From positions 32,001-96,000 of IMG/VR virus record IMGVR_UViG_3300009506_000019: 64,000 nucleotides of DNA; one strand, 5' to 3'. How positions within the stretch are numbered: position 1 is the first letter of the stretch; every line of letters starts with the position of its first letter. Shown in pieces: positions 57,459 through 63,346 of the stretch. Source of the DNA: a virus. Below the pieces are notes generated by a model that was not told the DNA's origin, did not search any database, and was given only the letters and a program-made list of their open reading frames with translations. A program made the translations under genes and the position numbers.

Positions 57459-57509
57459 GATCTTCTCCTCAAAAGTGGTTTGTTCGTTTGGTCATTCAGT
57501 GACTATCGA

Positions 57510-58274
57510 CTAGGTGTCGGCAATCACAGTGTACGTCTTGATGAGCGTGCCCACGCCCGACAGTAAGCTGAGACCGCTGACATCGATGGTGACGGTGATG
57601 ATGTCACCGATCTCGTAGATCTTTGTGGCTCCCGCGTCGGTGTCCATCACGACATCTATGGTAAGGTAGCCAGCCTCGAACTGAGGAGTCCCAGCAGGGG
57701 TCGCCGGCTTCACACATGTCGGAGCACCCCCCGTCCCCGTTGCAATGGGTACATAGGCAGGGGTGACTGTGGGAACGAAGTTGGCCCAGCCGTGGAGCAA
57801 CCCTTCAGAGGTAACCAGCTTCACACCGACTTTTTTGATCAATTCCCCAGCCGCTGCTCCATTGAGATCACCAACCTCAATGTCTTCAGCCAGGGCTCCG
57901 GGGTAAATGTTCAGAGCCGCATCCCCTTCTGCCATTGCCCCAACCACCTTCTCCAAACTCCGAACTGCATTTTGGAGAGCGAGCATAGAAAGAGAAGACT
58001 GATCATTCGCTGACTCGAGAGAATTCGTTAAGGTGCTGGTAGCCGCATCAAATTTGTCTTTACCAGCGTCTTCGAATTCATCAGGGGTGTCTGGATCTTC
58101 CTCAACAGTATAGCTAATATGCCCAGCTTGCTGGAGCTTTACCAGCTCGTCCACAGCTTGTTCTGGAAGATCATCAAAAAATCGTTTACTCTTCTCACCA
58201 CTAGCAGGGACGGAGAGTCTCAAAGACTGAATTGAAACTTTGACGTTTCGAAGATTCTTAATAGTAAGAAGCAT
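57510..58274 (-). CDS. Hypothetical (likely virion decoration) protein
   Basis: SD GAGGAG, own promoter, beta-rich C-terminal domain. Confidence 0.6.
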   Translation of the reverse strand: MLLTIKNLRNVKVSIQSLRLSVPASGEKSKRFFDDLPEQAVDELVKLQQAGHISYTVEEDPDTPDEFEDAGKDKFDAATSTLTNSLESANDQSSLSMLALQNAVRSLEKVVGAMAEGDAALNIYPGALAEDIEVGDLNGAAAGELIKKVGVKLVTSEGLLHGWANFVPTVTPAYVPIATGTGGAPTCVKPATPAGTPQFEAGYLTIDVVMDTDAGATKIYEIGDIITVTIDVSGLSLLSGVGTLIKTYTVIADT

Positions 58275-58349
58275 TTGTCTCTCCTCGCGATAACATCGCA
58301 ATGATATATAATATTCTAATTAAAAGTGTCTTTAGAAATACTTAAAAAT

Positions 58350-58378
58350 ATTGTACGCGTGATCACAATAATATGCAA
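58350..58378 (-). promoter_or_regulatory. Sigma70-type promoter
   Basis: TTGCAT-17-TACAAT in AT-rich intergenic region. Confidence 0.65.
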
Positions 58379-58394
58379 TACATTAAAACGATTA

Positions 58395-58470
58395 TGGCGG
58401 GAGAGGAGGGACTCGAACCCTCATCAAACAGGTTAACGGCCTGTTGCTCAGCCAATTGAGCTACACTCCC
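58395..58470 (-). tRNA. tRNA-Asn(GTT)
   Basis: Cloverleaf, loop CCGTTAA, GTTCGA, CCA. Confidence 0.9.
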
Positions 58471-58474
58471 GCAT

Positions 58475-58549
58475 TGGTGGGGCGGAGTGGAATCGAACCA
58501 CTGCTCTCGGATTTTCAGTCCAAAGCTCTACCAACTGAGCTACCACCCC
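58475..58549 (-). tRNA. tRNA-Phe(GAA)
   Basis: Loop CTGAAAA, CCA. Confidence 0.92.
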
Positions 58550-58553
58550 ATGT

Positions 58554-58624
58554 GCAGAGCTGGTCAGCCACGCGCTACCCATCCCAGATTGTGCTGGGCC
58601 AAAGCCTTGTCCGCTGCGCTCTGC
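58554..58624 (-). ncRNA. tRNA-sized degenerate cloverleaf element
   Basis: 7-bp GCAGAGC/GCTCTGC, CCCAG/CTGGG arm with 6-nt loop, no TTC T-loop or CCA. Confidence 0.5.
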
Positions 58625-58638
58625 AACTCTTACTTGTT

Positions 58639-58715
58639 TGGTGGACCGGACGGGACTCGAACCCGTGACCTCCTGGGTGCAAACCAAGCGCTCTCCCAAC
58701 TGAGCTACGCGGCCC
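58639..58715 (-). tRNA. tRNA-Ala(TGC)
   Basis: Loop TTTGCAC, G3:U70, CCA. Confidence 0.92.
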
Positions 58716-58716
58716 A

Positions 58717-58792
58717 TGGAGCTGGTGAGAGGAATTGAACCTCCAACATCCGGTTTACAAGACCGGGGCTCTGCCAATTGAGCTACACCAGC
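58717..58792 (-). tRNA. tRNA-Thr(TGT)
   Basis: Loop CTTGTAA, CCA. Confidence 0.92.
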
Positions 58793-58810
58793 TCTTTGCC
58801 AGCGTTCAAT

Positions 58811-58885
58811 TGGCGGGCCTACTCCGACTCGAACGGAGATCTCCGGTTTTGGAGACCGGCATCCTACCAATTGAACGATAGACCC
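58811..58885 (-). tRNA. tRNA-Trp(CCA)
   Basis: Loop CTCCAAA, CCA. Confidence 0.92.
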
Positions 58886-58905
58886 TTGTTTCTTCACCAC
58901 CCGGC

Positions 58906-58980
58906 TGGTGGGCCGGGAGGGAATCGAACCCTCAACAAACGGGTTAAAAGCCCGCTGCGCTACCGTTGCGCCACCGGCCC
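58906..58980 (-). tRNA. tRNA-Lys(TTT)
   Basis: Loop CTTTTAA, CCA. Confidence 0.92.
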
Positions 58981-59014
58981 ACACCGCCGATGGTCTTCTC
59001 CTCAGCGAACCGGA

Positions 59015-59091
59015 TGGTCCGCCAGGGAGGACTCGAACCCCCGACACGCGGGGTAGAAACCCGCTGCTCTGTCCAACTGAGCTACTGACGG
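59015..59091 (-). tRNA. tRNA-Arg(TCT)
   Basis: Loop TTTCTAC, CCA. Confidence 0.92.
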
Positions 59092-59111
59092 ACAGATCCG
59101 ATATTCGCGAC

Positions 59112-59187
59112 TGGTAGGCGAGGGGAGAATCGAACTCACCAACCTGTCGCTTATAAGGCGACGGCTCTACCATTGAGCTACTCGCCA
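59112..59187 (-). tRNA. tRNA-Ile(TAT)
   Basis: GTCGC-CTTATAA-GCGAC, discriminator A, CCA. Confidence 0.88.
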
Positions 59188-59199
59188 TTTCTCTCGAGT

Positions 59200-59274
59200 T
59201 GGACCGCCAGGTCGGAATCGAACCGACGTGCGCCTGCTTGGAAGGCAGGGGACCAGCCACTAGCCCACTGGCGG
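59200..59274 (-). tRNA. tRNA-Gly(TCC)
   Basis: Loop CTTCCAA, U73, CCA. Confidence 0.88.
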
Positions 59275-59277
59275 TTT

Positions 59278-59353
59278 TGGTGCGCAGAGCAGGGCTCGAA
59301 CCTGCGACCCTCTGCTTGTAAGGCAGACGCTCTCCCAACTGAGCTACCCGCGC
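59278..59353 (-). tRNA. tRNA-Val(TAC)
   Basis: Loop CTTACAA, CCA. Confidence 0.92.
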
Positions 59354-59355
59354 AC

Positions 59356-59431
59356 TGGTCCAGGTGAGTGGAATTGAACCACTGACATCACGATTATCGG
59401 TCGTGTGCTCTCCCATCTGAGCTACACCTGG
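59356..59431 (-). tRNA. tRNA-Ile(GAT)
   Basis: Loop CCGATAA, CCA. Confidence 0.9.
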
Positions 59432-59443
59432 ACAATGAAAGGC

Positions 59444-59567
59444 GGGGCTGGGGCGTCGCGCTCTTTCCATGCATCGACCATTCGCACCCTCTGGCTTAGC
59501 GAGCCAGCGCACAGTTTCTGGGGTGTCAGCCCCATGGTCTACCCCACGCTCTGACAAGCGTTGCCCC
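59444..59567 (-). ncRNA. Multi-branched structured RNA between tRNAs
   Basis: Nested stems GGGGC/GCCCC, TGGGGT/GCCCCA, GACCAT/ATGGTC, GGGG/CCCC, TGGCT/AGCCA, CGCT/AGCG. Confidence 0.6.
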
Positions 59568-59574
59568 ATAATTT

Positions 59575-59649
59575 TGGTAGCGGGAGCGAGAATCGAACTC
59601 GCGACGGTCTGGTTATGAGCCAGATGTTCTACCACTGAACTATCCCGCA
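59575..59649 (-). tRNA. tRNA-Met(CAT), possibly initiator-like
   Basis: Loop CTCATAA, U1:U72 mismatch, CCA. Confidence 0.88.
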
Positions 59650-59660
59650 ACAAATGCAAG

Positions 59661-59736
59661 TGGAGGGCCAGGCAGGAGTCGAACCCGCGACACCTTGGTC
59701 CGTAGCCAAGTGCTCTGTCCACTGAGCTACTGGCCC
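59661..59736 (-). tRNA. tRNA-Arg(ACG)
   Basis: Loop CTACGGA, CCA. Confidence 0.92.
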
Positions 59737-59738
59737 TT

Positions 59739-59814
59739 TGGCGGTGCGTACGGGAATCGAACCCGTCGTTTCCTGAGTGACAGTCAGGCCGGTTCACCAG
59801 CTCCGTCACGCACC
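59739..59814 (-). tRNA. tRNA-Asp(GTC)
   Basis: Loop CTGTCAC, G73, CCA. Confidence 0.9.
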
Positions 59815-59980
59815 GAGACGTGACCCAACTGTCCTTCAGTAGGTTCTGACCGTTTTGTCGATACCACCGAAGGAGGTCAGTTAGGCCACGGTGGTATCTC
59901 GAAAATTCGCTTTAATACCGGCCCACATTGTCGTCGTTATGACGACTCTTCCGGTCCTTGCGACCGAATGTGTGCCGAGG
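59815..59980 (-). ncRNA. Structured leader RNA: three-way junction plus nested pseudoknot
   Basis: Stem 59919-59929/59967-59977 with two hairpins; 13-bp stem 59819-59831/59878-59890 crossed by GATACC/GGTATC. Confidence 0.6.
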
Positions 59981-59995
59981 GGTAACATCACGATC

Positions 59996-60004
59996 ATTAT
60001 AACA
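59996..60004 (-). promoter_or_regulatory. Extended -10 promoter for main tRNA array
   Basis: TGTTATAAT. Confidence 0.6.
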
Positions 60005-60028
60005 CAGCATGCTGTGCGTGTGAATTAT

Positions 60029-60115
60029 TAGTGCTGAGGGCGGGACTCGAACCCGCACGAGCAATTGCCCAGGAGATTTTAAGTCTCCAGTGTCTACCAA
60101 TTCCACCACCCCAGC
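60029..60115 (-). tRNA. tRNA-Leu(TAA)
   Basis: Loop CTTAAAA, long variable arm, ends CTA not CCA. Confidence 0.9.
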
Positions 60116-60116
60116 T

Positions 60117-60202
60117 TGGTGGGCAAGGAGGGAATCGAACCCTCAATCCCGAAGGCACTGGTATTTGAAGCCAGCGTGTATACCAAGTTCCACCACTTGC
60201 CC
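60117..60202 (-). tRNA. tRNA-Leu(CAA)
   Basis: Loop TTCAAAT, C31:A39 mismatch, long variable arm, CCA. Confidence 0.85.
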
Positions 60203-60280
60203 ATGAGCTACGCGCCCTGGAACCCTGTCGTAGCTCGATGACGCCCTCCTACGTGCTTGACGCCACACCACTTTCTCGAT

Positions 60281-60366
60281 TGGTGGGTGCGGAGGGAGTC
60301 GAACCCTCAATCCCGAAGGCACCAGATCCTAAATCTGGCGTGTATCCCAAGTTCCACCACGCACCC
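60281..60366 (-). tRNA. tRNA-Leu(TAG)
   Basis: Loop TTTAGGA, near-duplicate body of Leu(CAA), CCA. Confidence 0.9.
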
Positions 60367-60367
60367 T

Positions 60368-60453
60368 TGGTACGGGAGGCGGGACTCGAACCCGCACGGA
60401 CAAGCCACATGCTCCTCGGGCATGCGCGTCTACCATGATTCCGCCACTCCCGT
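60368..60453 (-). tRNA. tRNA-Leu(GAG)
   Basis: Loop CCGAGGA, long variable arm, CCA. Confidence 0.88.
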
Positions 60454-60538
60454 AGCTTACTTTTTACAAGGATAAGAGTCGCAGGAGGAAACCTGCGACA
60501 GCGATCGAGTTGTGCGTTTTATTCGCCATCTCACTCCA

Positions 60539-60567
60539 AGTATAACATACTGGTGACCGCACATCAA
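60539..60567 (-). promoter_or_regulatory. Sigma70-type promoter for Leu tRNA block
   Basis: TTGATG-17-TATACT with TG extension. Confidence 0.55.
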
Positions 60568-60586
60568 TCATTACCTATATCCGGAC

Positions 60587-60760
60587 ATGGACGAACAGCA
60601 ACAAAAAGATGCATTAGAGTTGTTGAAGGAAGCCACGGCAGCTCACCCAGACATTGTTTATGGAAGACCCAACACAGTAATTTCTCACACAGACATGGTG
60701 AATTGGTTGTATCAGTGGATTCCTCGAGTTCAAGGCTTCCTTGATGAAGTTGATGGATAA
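60587..60760 (+). CDS. 57-aa hypothetical protein (below ORF-track cutoff)
   Basis: MDEQQQKDALELLKEATAAHPDIVYGRPNTVISHTDMVNWLYQWIPRVQGFLDEVDG*. Confidence 0.55.
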   Translation: MDEQQQKDALELLKEATAAHPDIVYGRPNTVISHTDMVNWLYQWIPRVQGFLDEVDG

Positions 60761-60797
60761 ATTGACAACCACCACGTGATTATGATCTAATTGGAAG

Positions 60798-60895
60798 TGA
60801 TAGGAGAACGTCATGGATACCGTGATGAAAAACACAGGCTTCGCTGTTCTTGCCAACGCCCTTGTTGGTCAGTCGCAGCCGTGTTACTCCTATCA
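60798..60895 (+). ncRNA. Structured leader RNA / SD-sequestered 36-aa micro-ORF (60813..60923)
   Basis: TGATAGGAG/CTCCTATCA, TCATGG/CCGTGA, GCCAAC/GTTGGT stems; TTGACA at 60762. Confidence 0.45.
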
Positions 60896-60939
60896 TCATT
60901 ATTCACAACCACACAGTAGTTAAGGCACGCTCACATAGA

Positions 60940-61029
60940 GGAGCGGTAGCCTAGCCTGGTAAGGCGGCGGGTTGCTAACCCGTTGGTGTGCTTGCACACT
61001 CGAGGGTTCGAATCCCTCCCGCTCCGCCA
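60940..61029 (+). tRNA. tRNA-Ser(GCT)
   Basis: Loop TTGCTAA, long variable arm, G73, CCA. Confidence 0.92.
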
Positions 61030-61047
61030 TTTTCTTGTGAGGTTGTG

Positions 61048-61230
61048 ATGAAGGATGAATTCAAGAAAGCAGTAATCATGACAGGTGACGTACCGCACTG
61101 TTCGTGTCGGTATTGCAAAAACCTGAATCGCACCAGAATCGACAGGAAAAAGCAAAGAAAACAAAAGAGAAAAAGGAGGGCAAGACAGATTTTGAAGAAA
61201 TATTTACGTACGGGAGTAGCGCAGTGGTAG
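61048..61230 (+). CDS. Small very basic protein with CxCxxC
   Basis: GAGG SD; HCSCRYC; RKKQRKQKRKRRAR; stop lies inside tRNA-Pro. Confidence 0.5.
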   Translation: MKDEFKKAVIMTGDVPHCSCRYCKNLNRTRIDRKKQRKQKRKRRARQILKKYLRTGVAQW

Positions 61231-61284
61231 CGCACCGGTTTTGGGAGCCGGGGGTCGTGAGTTCAACCCTCACCTCCCGTACCA
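61210..61284 (+). tRNA. tRNA-Pro(TGG)
   Basis: Loop TTTGGGA, CCA. Confidence 0.9.
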
Positions 61285-61287
61285 AAC

Positions 61288-61375
61288 GGATGGGTAGCCT
61301 AATTGGTAAGGCACCAGTCTTGAAAACTGGCGATGCATTCGTGCACTGCGGGTTCGAGTCCTGCCCCATCCGCCA
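61288..61375 (+). tRNA. tRNA-Ser(TGA)
   Basis: Loop CTTGAAA, long variable arm, CCA. Confidence 0.92.
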
Positions 61376-61384
61376 GCTTAAATT

Positions 61385-61455
61385 GCACCCGGCCGCAGGC
61401 GAAAGCCGAATTGGACCGAGCGAAAGCCGAAAGTCCGAGGATGACGGCCGGGTGC
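61385..61455 (+). ncRNA. GAAA-tetraloop structured RNA between tRNAs
   Basis: Perfect 11-bp GCACCCGGCCG/CGGCCGGGTGC enclosing GGC-GAAA-GCC and GGAC..GC-GAAA-GC..GTCC. Confidence 0.65.
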
Positions 61456-61460
61456 TTTAT

Positions 61461-61536
61461 GGCGGTTGTAGCTCAATGGAAGAGCATCCGGTTGTGGCCC
61501 GGAAGACGAGGAGTTCAATTCTCCCCAATCGCCCCA
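61461..61536 (+). tRNA. tRNA-His(GTG)
   Basis: G-1:C73, loop TTGTGGC, CCA. Confidence 0.92.
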
Positions 61537-61539
61537 AAA

Positions 61540-61614
61540 GGCCAGATAGCCAAGTGGCAAGGCATGGAGCTGCAACCTCCATCATCGTCGGTTCGATTCC
61601 GACTCTGGCCTCCA
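61540..61614 (+). tRNA. tRNA-Cys(GCA)
   Basis: Loop CTGCAAC, U73, CCA. Confidence 0.92.
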
Positions 61615-61615
61615 C

Positions 61616-61689
61616 AGAGGAGTCGCTCAATGGCAGGGCAACGGGTTTTGGCCCCGTTTATCTGGGTTCGATTCCCAGCTCCTCTTCCA
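61616..61689 (+). tRNA. tRNA-Gln(TTG)
   Basis: Loop TTTTGGC, CCA. Confidence 0.9.
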
Positions 61690-61694
61690 TCCAT

Positions 61695-61782
61695 GGGTGT
61701 GTAGACCGCTATGGACACGGGCTTGGCTGTAGACCAAGCGTGCTTTGGCACCGTGAAGGTTCGATTCCTTCCACACCCACCA
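61695..61782 (+). tRNA. tRNA-Tyr(GTA)
   Basis: Loop CTGTAGA, long variable arm, CCA. Confidence 0.88.
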
Positions 61783-62244
61783 TCAATCATCTGAAGCTTC
61801 AGCCCAGGTGAACTGAACACCCCAACTACCACTCGGATTATCAAACCAGTGGAGTGCCTCGGTGTGGTCGAGCCCCATCCTCATCTTGCCGTACGAAAAA
61901 CCATCTTCTCCATGGCCTGCGGTGTACTTCCCTCCACGAGTATTCAACTCCACATCACCGTTCTCCGGTCCATGTTTGGAAACTGTCGTCAAGCACCAAC
62001 CACCGTCTTCGTCTTTGTACATATCGACGTAGTAGTAGTCTCCTGGCGTATACTCCTTGCCTCGATTGTCGAGTGCCGGACCTCGGAAATTCAACGTGGC
62101 ATCGCCTGACGGAGTGAACTTCCAGAACACCGCATTCTCAGGATTCTTGCCATTCTGAAGGACTGGACCCAACTCGACGATGACTGAACGGTCCCACTTC
62201 TTGGTGACTGACAAACAACGGAATTTTGCGCGTACTTGTCTCAT
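61783..62244 (-). CDS. Hypothetical protein with internally duplicated domain
   Basis: SD GGAGG; VRAKF...ENAVFWKFTPSG...GDYYYVD followed by a diverged second copy. Confidence 0.7.
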   Translation of the reverse strand: MRQVRAKFRCLSVTKKWDRSVIVELGPVLQNGKNPENAVFWKFTPSGDATLNFRGPALDNRGKEYTPGDYYYVDMYKDEDGGWCLTTVSKHGPENGDVELNTRGGKYTAGHGEDGFSYGKMRMGLDHTEALHWFDNPSGSWGVQFTWAEASDD

Positions 62245-62321
62245 CTCTTCCTCCAAAAACGGTTTGAGTTGAGACCGCGCTGTTGACCCGGATCGCGGAC
62301 GTGCCGGTTACTATTATTCTA

Positions 62322-62510
62322 TCACAATCTGTACTTGACAGCAACGCCACGACCACTTGGAGCCTGTGGATCGAGGAGGTCCTTTGGAACCATCATTTGC
62401 AACCACACAATCTCATACAACCGTTGCATGGTTTGAGAATAATCGTATGTGACACGAACAAGTGAAACTGTGGTGAAGGACTCACCACCAGCAGGGTCTA
62501 CCCCAACCAA
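62322..62510 (-). CDS. Hypothetical protein
   Basis: 62 aa ORF, weak support. Confidence 0.35.
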   Translation of the reverse strand: MVGVDPAGGESFTTVSLVRVTYDYSQTMQRLYEIVWLQMMVPKDLLDPQAPSGRGVAVKYRL

Positions 62511-62520
62511 AAGCTTTCGC

Positions 62521-62913
62521 TCAGGTCTGCCCTTCAGTAGCTTCAGGAGACACCTCTTGTACGTTTGGTACCTCTTTGGGAAGAGGAACAGACCTAGTGA
62601 ATGGGTTTGGGTTGTCGGGTGTTACCATACCTTCTGTTTGCGGTCTGATCACAATGGATTGTTGTAGATCGAATTTCCATCGTGAAACATCTTCACCAAC
62701 TCGTTGAGAAACCATCTTTGCAATCAATTCCTCCTGCAAAGCAAGGTTATCCAATTCTCTGCTTTTCAGCTCCTGTTGAAGTTTCAAGTTCTTGAACTTA
62801 AGAACCTCAGTTTCTGTAAGCCTATACCCACCAGGTTTTTTGGGCTTGTTCTCTGTTGGTGGTGCATCTTTGGGGTCAGTTCCACCGTTGCCTTTGACTT
62901 CTGCTTCAGACAT
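62521..62913 (-). CDS. Coiled-coil hypothetical protein
   Basis: SD AGGAG before MSEAEV; LTETEVLKFKNLKLQQEL heptads. Confidence 0.65.
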   Translation of the reverse strand: MSEAEVKGNGGTDPKDAPPTENKPKKPGGYRLTETEVLKFKNLKLQQELKSRELDNLALQEELIAKMVSQRVGEDVSRWKFDLQQSIVIRPQTEGMVTPDNPNPFTRSVPLPKEVPNVQEVSPEATEGQT

Positions 62914-62962
62914 GGCTGTCTCCTGTAGGGTACTATATTTCAAAAGAATTTTGGATTTATCC

Positions 62963-63337
62963 CTACTCGATGGTTCCAGCAAAATGGCCATTATCAATCA
63001 ACCATTGATACAAAACTCGAGCAACACCATCATATAGAAGCTCTGCACCATCTGTTGGCAGAGAGGCTACCATGTCAGTAAAATCCGTAACATCAGGTAT
63101 CGGATCTCCTGCGCCATCAACCTGACCAATCATGTCTCTAATCGCATAATCTTTGGGAAAACCAACCGGTTGAAACATACCGGCTACCCATTTGGAATCT
63201 TGAATCGTACCATATTCAACCACAAAGCGTATGTATTTTGCTTCTGTCTTGAGCTGAAAATCTACAATTTTGACACGATCATAATCGAATCCCTCAAGAT
63301 CGCCAGGGCTGACCGCAGTTGTCAACAATAATGCCAT
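62963..63337 (-). CDS. Putative tail fibre assembly protein, paralog of 36060..36392
   Basis: Shared motifs; follows a fibre-like gene. Confidence 0.65.
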   Translation of the reverse strand: MALLLTTAVSPGDLEGFDYDRVKIVDFQLKTEAKYIRFVVEYGTIQDSKWVAGMFQPVGFPKDYAIRDMIGQVDGAGDPIPDVTDFTDMVASLPTDGAELLYDGVARVLYQWLIDNGHFAGTIE

Positions 63338-63346
63338 CTGAATCTC

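Noticed and set aside
59444-59567. tmRNA or theta ribozyme
   Set aside because: No T-loop or tag frame; despite GCGAATGGTC, P1/P3 of an HDV fold could not be built
58448-59809. 453-aa minus-strand ORF, plus 61104..61811 and other ORFs across the tRNA arrays
   Set aside because: They read through tRNA genes; repeated GSIP/GSSP peptides are translated T-loops
60117-60202. Possible UCA opal suppressor or Sec tRNA implying recoding
   Set aside because: Alignment to its near-duplicate Leu(TAG) centres the loop on CAA; long genes are intact in code 11 and end in TAA, TAG and TGA
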